From NCBI GenBank assembly GCA_000004985.1, contig GG738850.1: a stretch of 64,000 nucleotides of DNA. One strand, given 5' to 3'. Source of the DNA: Naegleria gruberi. Taxonomy: Eukaryota. The position numbers and the translations under genes are program-made. Shown here piece by piece: positions 1 to 12,071 of this stretch (position 1 is the stretch's first letter; each line of letters begins with the position of its first letter). The notes below the pieces were generated by a model that searched no databases, was not told the DNA's origin, and saw nothing but the letters and a program-made list of their open reading frames with translations.

Positions 1-18
1 TATTAAATTAGTATTATT

Positions 19-561
19 TTATTCCTTTTTTTCCTTGTTCATCAAATCAGATTGTTTCACTACCTTTCCATAAATTTCATCCAAATTCTTCTTATCGCCT
101 ATCCACCCAAGATTATCTGCTATTAAATGAAGTTGTTGACAATTTTTGCATCTAGTAATTACAACACCTTTATGATAGGAATGCTTAGAAAATTCAATAT
201 AATGTCTTTGTTTACAAGGTTTGCATGTATAGAACATTCCCATCTTTTCGGACTTTTGTCTCTTTTCTTCACTCACTTCGTATTCCTCGTTTGTACTATT
301 TGGATTGTTATTCATTTCATAAACTTCTCTATTTACAAGACTATGTGAAAATTTCCTAGAAACTTCCTGTTGCATTTTCATCATATTTGATTTTCCGTTA
401 CAACATGAACAATTATGTTGATGATGCACGGAATGAATATTCCTAATTCCTATCATGGTGGACAACATTTGTCTCTTTATCACAACAGTGTTTGAAACCT
501 TGTTGCAGGTTGTTTTAATGACTTGTTTCAACATTTTTTTTATTTTTATCTTTTCAATCAA
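19..561 (-). CDS. DNL-type zinc finger protein (Zim17/Tim15/Hep1-like mtHsp70 escort protein)
   Basis: The C-terminal region FYTCKPCKQRHYIEFSKHSYHKGVVITRCKNCQQLHLIADNLGW matches the zf-DNL signature (CxxC...ISK..Y..GvV...C..C...HLIADxLG). The true start is probably an internal Met. Confidence 0.7.
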   Translation of the reverse strand: MIEKIKIKKMLKQVIKTTCNKVSNTVVIKRQMLSTMIGIRNIHSVHHQHNCSCCNGKSNMMKMQQEVSRKFSHSLVNREVYEMNNNPNSTNEEYEVSEEKRQKSEKMGMFYTCKPCKQRHYIEFSKHSYHKGVVITRCKNCQQLHLIADNLGWIGDKKNLDEIYGKVVKQSDLMNKEKKE

Positions 562-569
562 AATCTGTA

Positions 570-3545
570 TTAAGAACGAATCTTGATGGTTTTCTTTGTG
601 TCGGTAACGAGTGTGTAAATTGGTGAGATGAATTTTGGCAGATTTGAAATGTAAGATCCAAACTCTGATTTGAAGAGCTTTTTGGTGTTTTCACTGTGAG
701 TGTAGTGAGAAATGACTTGAATGGTGAATTGTCTTGGAGCATTATCATTGAGATGAATGAAGAATTTCAAAATCTTGGAGAAATCTCCTCTACTGCTTGC
801 ATACAGGTGGAAGAAGGTCAGATAGTCTCCTTGTTGCATATTTTCAATACTAGAATCGAGGATGTGTTCTGGTTTGAGGTAGATTCGTATTTCTTGGGAG
901 AGTACGAGAATGTCAGATTCTAATATTATGGTAATATTATTCCTACTTCCAAAGGTTAACATTTTGACTGGATTATTTCTAAAGTAGTTGTTTTCTGAGT
1001 TTTCCTCATTCAAAGTGACACAACTGAAGCTGTTATAGTCGAGTGAAGTTACTTGTTGAATAGCTAGAGCTGGTATCAAATATATTTCATTCTTTTCCGA
1101 GTTGGTAATGGTAACATTATCATTTTTGAAGAGGTCATTCATTACATAGGTTACAGGAACACTATCAGTATGCAGGAATGATATGTAGGTCCTTTGAGTG
1201 TCTGAAAATTGAGTAGAATGGTCCGATTCAGTTGTTTCCTCTATGTCTGAAAGTTGAAGGTTAGAACTTCCCTTCCTCACTCCAAAAGAAAATGATTCCT
1301 CAAAATGATCTTCTGGAAGTACTACAACCTTCTGTATGAGTACTCTCTTTGGAGCAGATTCAGAGTAAGCTGACAAGAAAATACCAGCCACAAACATCAA
1401 CAATAAACTAGCTCCCAAGAATATGAAAAGTGGAAGTTTGGTAGAGTCTGCTATTTGAGCTTTTCTTTGATTTTCTGACACAATATAAGGATATAAAAGG
1501 TTAGTTCCAAGGAATGCAATAAATCCAATCAAACAAGCAATTGTAACATCACATTTCCAAATCTCATTCACAAAACCACTTCTAGACATGATTGGCACGA
1601 AAATATTTACAGCAATAAGAATATGTTCCAATACAAATATCAAATATCCGGCCATCATTATAGTTATGTGGATCCACCATTTGGTATATTTCTGAATAGT
1701 ATGTGAAGAGGCAATAACAAGTGCCAAAACAACTACAACTGGTAAAAAGGTGGAAACAATATTAAAATAATTGAAAACCAAAGTGACAAGAACCCAGAAT
1801 AGCCAAACAGCTACATAAATATAGAAGGAACTGGTATATCTACTAAATACTGACAAGACGAAGGCCATTCCTAAAATTGATGGTAAAGCAAAAAGGAATA
1901 GAGTGAATACAGGGCCAGTAGCATACCAAGACATTGGATTTTTGAAAAGATAGGTCAAAGTAAGAGCAACCAGTGAAGGAAAGACCAAACTTGAAATAAG
2001 GGAAAGCAAAACAATTCCAAAAGCTTTGGAAAGAGAGTACAAATACCTTTCATTTTCCTCAACGTGAGGTTCTTCCTCAACATTCTCTACCTTTTCATTG
2101 GAGAGAGATTGCTTCCTTCTTCTCTTTTTCTTATTTTCAAGCTTTTCAGCTTCTTTGACATAGATTTTTCTAACCATGAAAGTGAAAGCTATCAAAATGA
2201 TTACATAATGTACTGGACTTGCAGATATTGATGAGTAGCAATAAATATAAAGGGATAATACATCAAAGTATACTGCTGGGGCGGTAATTTCCTCGTAAAC
2301 AGGATCTTCTGGAGAAGTATTATTCACATTTGGGAAATATGAATTAAAACTTGCTAGTTTCTTGATGAAAGGAGTCAAATTTTCACCCATATGTTGAAGG
2401 GTGTTACTATTAAGCTTATCAAAGGTATCTCTGTTGGTATGATGTACATAGCCATTTCTATAAAAGACAGAATCAATTCCACCAATTGTTAAATTGAGAT
2501 AGGATTGATAGACATTGAAATCGCTCTGTGAAGGAATCAATCCCAAACTGAAAAAATCTTGAGCCACTGAGGTTGCTTTAGGATATTTACAAACACTGGC
2601 AAACTGTTTCATAATCCAAGTATTGGATGATTGGAAGGTTAGATCCCTACTTGCACCTGAGCCAATTGATTCCATATTGATGACAGACCGAACTGATGAA
2701 GCCCAAGGATGACGTGTTGCAAATATTTTAGATCCAATCATGCCAATTTCCTTTGCACTGTTAAACATGAAAATAACAGGGTGGTGAATAGAGACAGGAT
2801 CATGAATCAAATTGCTAATCATTTCTAAAGCAATAAATGTAGGAATTGTTCCAGAAACTGATTGAGTTGATGGAACACTATCAAAGTGAGAACTCACAAG
2901 TATTGATTCATTCAAAAAGTGTACATGTTTCTTTGAATGTAATCTAACCAAAATATTAGTCACATTAGAATAGGACAAGATAATTTTCTTACTTGAATCC
3001 AAATGTTTCCTCGAGAAGATTGCTTGTCCATCTTTAACATAGTGAAAATCAATACTCATTTCAATTCCTGGATTTGATTTATCATTCTTTGCTTTCAATG
3101 TTGATAATTTCTTTCCCAGAAATTGTAAGCTCTTCCTATATTCATCACTTCCAACAATTCTTCCAAAACACTCACCATCACGAGGAGTAGCATAGAATTG
3201 TTTAGCTTCATCAATACATCTCCTTGATGAAAATTCCGATAGTGGTAAATTATTATCTATTGAAAAATTAGGAACCTGCTGTCTGATATAAACAACAGAT
3301 AGTACAATCAAATGTATACCAATCAACACAATCCAAAATATCAAACTCCTAATTTGTTTATCATAAATAACAATTTGTTGATTTTGGTAGGTGAATACAA
3401 ATTTTAGTTGCGTACTAGTAGTACCATGTGAATGATGTTGCTGATCCGATGATGTAGATGCCGTAGAGGATTTAGATGCACTCGATTGTTGATTATGATG
3501 ATGATTACTGCTAGCTTTTGAATGATGATGGTGGTGTTGACTCAT
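570..3545 (-). CDS. ERMP1/FXNA-like M28-family peptidase membrane protein
   Basis: An N-terminal His-rich tail and one TM are followed by an M28 peptidase-like domain (HFDS..., NSAKEIGMIGS, INMESIGSG) and then about 9 TM helices, as in ERMP1. The start is set at the Met of MSQHHHHH (atg 3545..3543); the ORF track runs upstream to 3602. Confidence 0.7.
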   Translation of the reverse strand: MSQHHHHHSKASSNHHHNQQSSASKSSTASTSSDQQHHSHGTTSTQLKFVFTYQNQQIVIYDKQIRSLIFWIVLIGIHLIVLSVVYIRQQVPNFSIDNNLPLSEFSSRRCIDEAKQFYATPRDGECFGRIVGSDEYRKSLQFLGKKLSTLKAKNDKSNPGIEMSIDFHYVKDGQAIFSRKHLDSSKKIILSYSNVTNILVRLHSKKHVHFLNESILVSSHFDSVPSTQSVSGTIPTFIALEMISNLIHDPVSIHHPVIFMFNSAKEIGMIGSKIFATRHPWASSVRSVINMESIGSGASRDLTFQSSNTWIMKQFASVCKYPKATSVAQDFFSLGLIPSQSDFNVYQSYLNLTIGGIDSVFYRNGYVHHTNRDTFDKLNSNTLQHMGENLTPFIKKLASFNSYFPNVNNTSPEDPVYEEITAPAVYFDVLSLYIYCYSSISASPVHYVIILIAFTFMVRKIYVKEAEKLENKKKRRRKQSLSNEKVENVEEEPHVEENERYLYSLSKAFGIVLLSLISSLVFPSLVALTLTYLFKNPMSWYATGPVFTLFLFALPSILGMAFVLSVFSRYTSSFYIYVAVWLFWVLVTLVFNYFNIVSTFLPVVVVLALVIASSHTIQKYTKWWIHITIMMAGYLIFVLEHILIAVNIFVPIMSRSGFVNEIWKCDVTIACLIGFIAFLGTNLLYPYIVSENQRKAQIADSTKLPLFIFLGASLLLMFVAGIFLSAYSESAPKRVLIQKVVVLPEDHFEESFSFGVRKGSSNLQLSDIEETTESDHSTQFSDTQRTYISFLHTDSVPVTYVMNDLFKNDNVTITNSEKNEIYLIPALAIQQVTSLDYNSFSCVTLNEENSENNYFRNNPVKMLTFGSRNNITIILESDILVLSQEIRIYLKPEHILDSSIENMQQGDYLTFFHLYASSRGDFSKILKFFIHLNDNAPRQFTIQVISHYTHSENTKKLFKSEFGSYISNLPKFISPIYTLVTDTKKTIKIRS

Positions 3546-3778
3546 TTCTTTCTTTATGGAAAAATCAAAGAGGAAAATTGGCCACGTGGTCGGTCTTTGC
3601 AAGAGGACTTTGGTTGCAAATTGTTACTTCACACAGGATCCCTAAATCTATCAAGAAAGTACTGATAACATACGTAGTGGTGTGTTCTTCTTTTTTTAAT
3701 TGCAAAAGAACAATTGAATGGATTCATGGCTTATCAAGTGATTTTCCCGCCAAATGTAGTTTGTTCAAAATTAAAAAA

Positions 3779-5788
3779 ATGAAAAGAATACCCTCAAATA
3801 CATCCACAAAGAGTTCCTCATCATCGACAACCAGTAATAGTAGTGTAGGAGGAGGTTCATCATCATCGGCTCAAACCAATGGGAAGGGATCTGCAACATT
3901 ATCAAAGATTGCCTCGGTTAAGCAAAGCGGAACATCCTCAACAACATCTTCAGCTGGATCAACAACGAGTAGGAAAAGTAGCGCCTCGTCTGTTGAGAGT
4001 GGCACCTCTTCAAAATCAACTTCGAGTTCAAAAGTCAAATCCACTCAATCAACACCAAGAGCCACTGCAACAGCGATAGAATCAAAACCATTTAAGTTTA
4101 CTTCATCAACTAAAAAGAATGACCAATCTCCATCAACACCTACAACATCAGAAAAGAAACCATCTAAAGAAGATCCTAAAACTGCAAAACCTAAAGTAGT
4201 AGAGGAAGAGGAAATTGTTCAAGTTTTGGAATTACGTCATCAGAATATTTCTGAGATACCCAGAGCTCACACCTCTAAAATTGAATTGCTCAAGTTGGAT
4301 ATTTCATTTAACAAATTTACAGAAGTTCAACAATTGGAAAGGTACACTAAATTGACTTCTTTAAAAGCGATGTATAATAAGGTAGCTTCACTCAATGGTA
4401 TTGAAACGTAAGTTTAAATTCATATTGCACTCAATTAATCATGAAATAGACTGGAAAATTTAAGGGATTGTACCATGGTTGGAAATATGATTACAGATGT
4501 TTCTAAACTTGCTTTTTGCAAAAAGTTAGAAACTCTTGCCCTTGATAATAACATGATTCAATCTTTCCCAAGCTTAGTTTCTTTGAAAAACCTGACGCAT
4601 CTATCAGTTGAGAATAATTGCCTAATCAACTTTGAAGGACTTAGTGGATTGGAAAATTTGAAATCTCTTTCTGTTTCTAGGAATAGTATTGAAAAATTGA
4701 CTGGTCTTGGAAAGTGCAGATTTAGAACTAGCTTGATCGAGTTGGATTTATCTAATAATAAGATTGATAAGGCTGATTTTGCATTTCTTCCAACTTTTGA
4801 AAAGTTGGAGGTGTTAAGAATGAAAAGTTGTAACTTTAGGACAATTGAAAACTTCCCTTCTTGCCAACAAATTAGAGATCTTTCACTATCAGGAAACATG
4901 TTGGAATCTGTGCTGTGGATTGAAACAAAATTTCCAAACCTCGAGTCCTTAACCATGAAAGACAATTACATTCCTCATGTAAAGCAATTACAAGAGGAAC
5001 TTTCGAGGCTAACGAGTTTGGAGATGGTTGCTGTTGCAGGTAACCCTATGTGTGATATTAATTCAAATTATGTAAAAATTCTATCGACCCACTTGAAAAA
5101 TCTTAGAATGATTGATGAGGTCACTGCTAACGAGTTCATTACACCTGAAGTAGATACTTCTGATCCATTACTTTCAACTATTGGATATGTTGAGCCTAAT
5201 TTTGATGACGATGAAGTTCTCAGAAATGTTCTCAAAAGGGAGGCTACCAGCATTAAGGAAGCCGACGAGGTTAAAGACCTCTTTTTAAACTTACAACAGC
5301 AGACCAAACGACTAGAAAAAACATTCGAAAATTCATTGGCTAACTTGGATTTTGGAATCCGAGAAATGAAAAGAGGATTGGATGTTGATCTTGGAAGTGG
5401 ACTCAGAAAGCTGGAAACAACAGGTTCAGAGGATACATATGATATCACTCCAACAACTATGGATGTACGGTCGTCTCAAACGTTAGACATGTCAGAGATA
5501 AGAAAGGCGCTGCATTCACAAGCCAAAAGGGAGACAACAAGCAAGAAGGAAGAGCAAATGGTTGCCAATGTGAGAAGGTCCTTAAACAATATGGAACGAA
5601 TCAAAGCAGCTCAACAATACTCAAAACAGAAAGAGAATACTGACCTAGAACTTGGAACGCTGAATACAGAACAACACGAAGCAGAGGTTGAACAATTTTT
5701 ACATATGATCAACTCGGCCAGAAGCGCAGAAAAGAGAAGACCTCCATCGGCTGTGGGAGGTTCAACACTTAAAGTTAAGAGAAAGTAA
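3779..5788 (+). CDS. Leucine-rich repeat (SDS22-like LRR) protein with Ser/Thr-rich N-terminus and coiled-coil C-terminus
   Basis: Two ORFs (3518..4411 and 4475..5788) are joined by a 42-nt intron at 4408..4449 (gtaagt...aatag) and the reading frame is restored exactly. There are multiple LxxLxLxxNxI repeats. The start is chosen at Met 3779 to avoid overlap with the divergent upstream gene. Confidence 0.6.
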
Positions 5789-5814
5789 TGATAGATCTAC
5801 AATAAATAAAAGAT

Positions 5815-8800
5815 TTATAAAAACAAATCATCCACATTGGTATTTGATGATGGTACAGAAGTTGTTTCTGGTTGGACTACAGTGATGAGGTATTGTTCTT
5901 CTACAAAACTGTGAGGAATAACTCTAGCAATATTACTTTGATCCATAAACTTCCATGAAATTCTGAATTGATTCAAATTGTACACGCCAGGGGAGAAGAA
6001 AGTAGCTTGCACCGTTACCTTAACCTCACCAGAGTTTGGTTTCAAATCTTTCATGAAAAATCTAGTTGGGCCAGACCATAAGTAAAAGTTTTGAGGTCCT
6101 GTGGAGGTTGTAGCAACAGTTGTTGGAAGAACTGATTGAGCTCTCAGTTTTGAAGTTCCTGAGGTGGCGAAAGGTGGTAAAAGTTCGAGAGTGATATCAG
6201 TATGCAAGTCAGGAGAAACGTTGCTAATTTTAACATCAAATGCTACAGAGCATGAAGGTTGAGATGATGTAAACTGGTGAATGATTTCTCTTTCGTATTC
6301 TAAATTAACTTCTATTGGACAAATAAGATTTTCTTTGGAAGGGAATTTAGCAGCCATGTGAATTCTCTTTGGTTTTTTAGCATGAGGTAAGAAAGAAACC
6401 TTGCTGTGATAAGTGATACCTAACTCACAAGGACCTCCCCTCCAAATGGCTTGTAAACTTAAACTATTCAATTGTTCTTCAATATCTACAAGTGTGTCAC
6501 CAGAACCTGTAGTGACTGTTTTACCAAAGAATGTCAACTCGTGCTTCTTGGATTCACTAAACAAAAATTCAAGATATGGTCTCTTGGTAGTATCAATTAA
6601 TCTGTCACTATTTCCAGTAGAGAATGATCTGTGGATAAGTTCAACATCAGGTAACTTTTCCTTGGTTGAAATTATTCCAGCCATCTTTTTCTCTTGTTCA
6701 GTATTCTTGAAAATCTTAAGGTACAATGTGTAGGATTCTTTTGGCAAGATTATTATTGATTGACTAGCAACTGGAATAACAGGTGTAATCTCCCAAAGTG
6801 GAGAAACGCTGACTAATTGATCAAGTTGAATGAATTGATCTGGTCTAAGATTGTGAAGCTTTACACCACAAATAAAACTGCCAAGCTCGCAGTAGCTAGA
6901 GTCACAGAAAGTTGTTACTCTTAGTGAGTCCATAACCTTGAGCGTGGTGTGGAAACGATGTAATCTATACTTGAGATCCTCCACTGGTTCAACTGGTTCA
7001 TAATAGAACAAGAACTTGGCATCATGTACACCAGAATAAGATCCTCTCACAAAAACTGGAATTTCAATCTTGCTGCCAGTACTAAGACTCTCAGAAATAT
7101 CATAGTATGTAAAATCACGTTCAATACCATAGGTATTAGAAATGAAGGTACTGTCTCTTTGGGGTGTGTTTGTATCCATAAATTGGAAATTGTTCATATT
7201 TGGATCATCTGATAGGAAATAAATAGATGGGTGGTTAATTTTGAGTTTCAAATTTTTCAAATCTGCTTTTCCAATATTAGTAACAATCATGGTAGTCTTC
7301 TTAAGCTCTCCATTCCACAAGTGATCAATTGATTCAGTAAATTGAACATCCAAAAGTGGAGTAGGATTAATAACCTTAAGAATCAATCTATTATCTTGTT
7401 CGTACTGAACTGATGTTCTGTGTTGTTTGTTTTCATTCAATCTTCTACCCTTAACACTAAAATGCTTGAAGCCTTGAATGTTATTCAAAATCTTCCATCT
7501 CACTCCTCTGATGGAAAGGTCACCAACTTCTGTTGGTGTAATCTTTAATCTTACAATAATAGTATCATTTCCTTGAATAGATACATTAACAGCTTCTGAA
7601 ATAAATCCCTTTTCGTTTTCAGGCAAATTTGGAGACTTGAGAATGGCGTCAAGAGAAATATCTCTCACTTGGATAGGGACAATCAAACTGTTGGAAATCT
7701 TAACATCGACATGAATTGGTTCACCAACAATAGTGGATTCAATCTTTTTCATGTCATTGATTCCCTTCTCCCACTTGAAAAATACAATTGGACCTCTGAC
7801 CTTTCTTACTAAAGTTTCTTCAAGTTTAGCCCATTCTTCATCAGGTATCACATCAGTATAAACTGGTTCTCCATAATAAGAGTTTAATAAAACTCTAACA
7901 TTGGATTGATCTACCTTTGGCATTTCCAAAAAGTCAAACTTTACATCCATCACACCTTTTTGCTTTTGCTCGTTAATGTAGGAAGAAACGGTTTGAGAAA
8001 ATACTTCCATAAACTTGAACTGTTGATCTGGACCTTGCTTACAAACAGTCAAAAATTCATGATAGAACTCAACGCTGGACTTTAAATCCTTCATATCATT
8101 TGTGAGTTTACCCATAGTATAACTCAAATGTTCATAAATTTGAAGCCATTCCCTATTGTTATAAATTCTAAAGGATGTTCTATAGCATCTGAATGAGTGT
8201 TTCATTTGGTCGGTATGACTATATCTGTATCCAGCCAAAATTAAAAATAAGGCAGACTTTCTAGTTAATCTATCCATAGATCCTCTGTAACAAAGTGCTG
8301 TTTGTTCGAAAAAGAGAGCAGCTTGTAAAAAGTTATTTTCATCCACATTTGAAGCTCTAGTGAATAATTCTCCAGCCTTCTTAAATAATGTTTTAGACCT
8401 ATAGTAACAAGCCTGAATTAACAAGAGTCTGAGTGTATAATTTGGTTGATTGGCAGTCTTGTATGCTGTTAGGGCATTATCCATATTACTTTCAATTTCC
8501 TTCTTATTACTGGTTTGAGCTGTTGGACTCAAAAGAGTACAAATGGCCATCATCTCAAGACAACCAGCATAATTCTTAGGTTCCTTCTTGAAATCACCAC
8601 TGATTAGCTTGTAAACTGAATAAGCTTCATCGTATTCACGTAAAAGGAACAACAAGTCAGCTAATCTTCTTAACTGCATTTCTGGTGTAATACCTTCTTC
8701 CTCTGCCTTTGTCTTTTTCGTAAACCAAGATTTAATGGTATTTTTAATACCCTTCTTGTTAGCTAAAACAGTGTTAGAAACTGTTTTAATTTTTGCATCC

Positions 8801-9900
8801 ATTGATGCTACTACTTGATTCACTATAAAATCTACATTATTTGCAATATATTGTACATCTTGTTTGGATAAATAAAATCCATTTGGTTGCATATTGTCCA
8901 AAACATACTTTTGGTATAAGTGACGTCTTGGTAAAACAGGAGACCAAATATCACCAACTAGATTTTCAACTAAATGATCTCTTGAATTGACAATGAGCAT
9001 TCTACATGAAGAGGCTGTATACTTCTCTTTAATCTTGTTGAAAATAGAATTGGCTTTTTCGGAATTTGTTGTTGGTGATGATTGATCGTGAATCATGATT
9101 ACTAAATTCAAAATATCAGGATCCATTGTGAAATCTTTAAACATTTTAGGTGGATTATCAGGATCAAACAATCCTTTCAAAATTTGAATTGGATCTCCAA
9201 CTTCTTCACTTGAAATCACTGATACCACTGCAACTGGATGTAAAAATGTTTCATGTTCCGAAATATTTAAATTTTTGATGAATTCATCCCTGAAAATATC
9301 AAACCATGGCGTATGATCCACTAAATCTTGATTAAGAGCTGACTGGTTTGTTTTTCTCAAGTATTGATCATAGGAATGTTTAATTATATGTCCAATAAAA
9401 TCAGAATGATGTTTTTCTCTGAGATGTACTTCAGTCCTATTAGCAATTCTGTTTCCGTTTTCACCATATTCTTTATGAAGATCCCCAAGAGTAACAAAAT
9501 TAACTGAAAAGTTTTGGAGTGAGATTGCTGAATAATTTACTATTAATTCCACACGTATAAATTGATCATCATTTTATCACACCATCATCAAATAATATTA
9601 TTTAATATTATTATTCTATCATAATGTTGCAAACTTACGCTGTTTGAAAAATTGATATGGACGCAAAAGATCAATAAACTTTAAACCATTCTTTGCACAT
9701 GAAGCCTCCACAGAAGGTGTTGTTCTCACCAAAACTGTTGGTGAAAACATGCTCTCAAACCATCCACTCAATTCATTAGCATTCCGAATAGGAAACGAGT
9801 CCGGAATGTTGAATTTATCTGATGTTTCTCCCAAGTCTGACGATGAGGAATTGGTAATGTTATTTCCCAATGTCATTGTTCTGGTGGGTGCATCAGTCAT
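5815..9900 (-). CDS. TRAPPC8: TRAPP complex subunit 8 (TRAPPC8/Trs85-like)
   Basis: RLADLLFLLREYDEAYSVY and RKSALFLILAGYRYSHTDQMKHSFRCYRTSFRIYNNREW align to conserved TRAPPC8 blocks (KMADLCFLVQHYDLAYSCY and RKYAFHMILAGHRFSKAGQKKHALRCY). The 93-aa ORF 9619..9900 (IPDSF..., LKFIDLLRPY) matches the TRAPPC8 N-terminus and joins in frame through a 99-nt intron at 9540..9638 (gtaagt...aattaatag). Confidence 0.8.
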
Positions 9901-10141
9901 TTTTTTTATTAATAATAATAATAAATAACTTGGAATCTTTTATGAAGGGATGATAATTTGATTTATTGTAGCCTGATTTCACAATAGCAACCATTCTTTG
10001 AGAATGAATTCTTTCTCGTATTTGCTAGTATTTTGCTACAAATTGCAGAAACAAAGAATCATCGTTTCTACTAGAGCTAACGGCTTTTGAAAGATGGTTG
10101 TCCGAAATCAAATTTCAGACGCTGCCTATTTCTCATAAAAA

Positions 10142-11902
10142 ATGTTTAAACAACCCAAAACCAAATCATCTTCATTTTCTCCTTCCAATTATTGTGTTCT
10201 ATTCAGCGAGGTCATGGAAGTCGACGAGTCGAGAGAAAACTTCTTCAAATATCTGGGAGAGGAAGCACTATGTGGTGAGTGCGTTGATTTTTTAAATGAT
10301 TTTTCCAGTTTTTCCCACGAATTTCAAAAAGTAAAAAATTTGGTGGGAAAAAAACCTACAACACGTGCTGATAATGAGGAAAATGAGCATGGTAGTATTA
10401 TTTCATCATCGTCATCATTGGCATCATCATCGGGTGTATGTTTGGAATTAAATGATGAAAGCAAAGATGAAAATTCTCTTACACTGATTACTGGTAATAA
10501 GATGATTTTGGAAAAGATTGAAAATTTGGGTGTAATGGTCAGTGCTATTAAAAAGCTATTTGTGATGGCTGATAGAATGATTTTTGAGCATGTTCAATCT
10601 GGAGTATTGAATGTTCCTAGTTGGATTATTAAGGAAACGAAAAATTATTGGACTGTTGGAGTTTTGGAAAAGATTAGAGAAATGATTCTATTGAGATCGT
10701 CTACCTTGTTGGAAAGTGATGCTTTTGAATTGAATATAAATTCATTATTGGAGAATGTGAATGAGGATAATATTGATCCTTGGTTCATGATCAGATTAGT
10801 GACACCTTCCAAGTTGCTGCTCAGATTGTATGAAAATATACTCATTGACTTGAAATTGGACACTTTTTCAAGATATTCCAGAAGTGAATACTTGTATCAG
10901 TTCTTAGAAAAGATGGGTGAGACATTCACAACAAGAATTGCCATTCATGTGGATGAATTGAGTGATGATTATTCTTCAAACAGAGTCTCAACAACTAATT
11001 CTTCTTCTGAAATAATTGCAAAACCAAAAAAGATTAGGCTGAGATCTGACGATTGGAATTCAAATACCTTCTCCAAGGAATTTATTTTCAGTTGTTTATA
11101 TTATGCAGAAGATTCACCAAGATGGAAGCAAACAATACAAGCAAAACAAAAACCATTCCCTCAGACTTGTTACATTACTGAAAATGATTTTGTTATGGGC
11201 AAAAACTCAACAGGTCAAAAATGTACAAAAGTAGTTATGGACATTCCTTACAATAGAGATTTTGTCTATGCTCTATATTCGTCGAGTTTACAGAGAATTG
11301 AATTGGATCCATGGATGAAAGGCTTTAATTACTTTGGTATGACAACGAATGAGCACTCTATGACCACAACAGCTTTGGAAGTTATCTTTTCCTTTGGGCC
11401 ACTCCAAAAACGAAGTTCCACTATACTTGCAACAAATATCTATGATCCAGATGCTGATTGTTTCATGTTCTTCTTCAAAACCAAAGAATTTGAGGAGTAT
11501 CAGAGGACTCCAAACACTGTTCCTTCAGATGGTTTTATGGTTTTCCTATTCTACAAACATACTGACAACTCAACTAGATTTGTCAATGTATTCTTTGGAG
11601 ATTTGAAATTGCCCTTCTCAAATGATTTCACATTTAATTTTGCTACAAGTTTTGGACTCAAGAAGATTAACAAATTATTGGAAAAGGTAGCTAAGAAATA
11701 TCTTCCCCAATACGAGGAATTTGAACGACTAAATGGAATACCATCTTATTATGATTACAATAATCCAGAAGATTACGTTGATAGTATTTTCAAATTTAAA
11801 GATGATTTGAAATTCTATGAATCCGTCAAGCAAAACCTTATTCATTTTCCAGTGAAAAGTTGGCACAGAGAATTCTACAAAGAAATGAAAGAATCTAGAT
11901 GA
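10142..11902 (+). CDS. Hypothetical protein with N-terminal RGS-like domain
   Basis: The N-terminus FSEVMEVDESRENFFKYLGEEALCGECVDFLNDFSSF resembles the start of an RGS box. The remaining 500 aa are unrecognised. The ORF is a single 586-codon stretch. Confidence 0.45.
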   Translation: MFKQPKTKSSSFSPSNYCVLFSEVMEVDESRENFFKYLGEEALCGECVDFLNDFSSFSHEFQKVKNLVGKKPTTRADNEENEHGSIISSSSSLASSSGVCLELNDESKDENSLTLITGNKMILEKIENLGVMVSAIKKLFVMADRMIFEHVQSGVLNVPSWIIKETKNYWTVGVLEKIREMILLRSSTLLESDAFELNINSLLENVNEDNIDPWFMIRLVTPSKLLLRLYENILIDLKLDTFSRYSRSEYLYQFLEKMGETFTTRIAIHVDELSDDYSSNRVSTTNSSSEIIAKPKKIRLRSDDWNSNTFSKEFIFSCLYYAEDSPRWKQTIQAKQKPFPQTCYITENDFVMGKNSTGQKCTKVVMDIPYNRDFVYALYSSSLQRIELDPWMKGFNYFGMTTNEHSMTTTALEVIFSFGPLQKRSSTILATNIYDPDADCFMFFFKTKEFEEYQRTPNTVPSDGFMVFLFYKHTDNSTRFVNVFFGDLKLPFSNDFTFNFATSFGLKKINKLLEKVAKKYLPQYEEFERLNGIPSYYDYNNPEDYVDSIFKFKDDLKFYESVKQNLIHFPVKSWHREFYKEMKESR

Positions 11903-12071
11903 ATTTATTGAAACATCAAATGGAGATTAATCCTGGGAGTGTTTGTAAATGGATTTTGCTTCCATTTTGGAATGTGTGTTAAATTGATTGGAAATGTGTT
12001 GGGTATACCTGTAGTTTTTGAGTTTAATTTTGGTTTTTATTACTCGTCAATAGAGAAAATAAAAAAAGTGC

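Noticed and set aside
127-348. Small plus-strand ORF antisense to the DNL zinc-finger gene, and similar 60-130 aa ORFs nested antisense in many genes (e.g. 4558..4965, 6413..6733, 23814..24143, 50465..50827)
   Set aside because: They overlap well-supported genes on the opposite strand or in another frame. They have low-complexity or hydrophobic translations typical of AT-rich antisense frames, and no independent signals.
3518-3778. Upstream extension of the LRR gene ORF to Met 3518
   Set aside because: It would overlap the 5' end of the divergent ERMP1-like gene (start 3545). The first Met with an A-rich context is at 3779.
3879-4079. Gln/Leu-rich 66-aa ORF inside the Ser/Thr-rich N-terminus of the LRR gene
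   Set aside because: It is an alternative frame of a low-complexity coding region, which is a known source of spurious ORFs.
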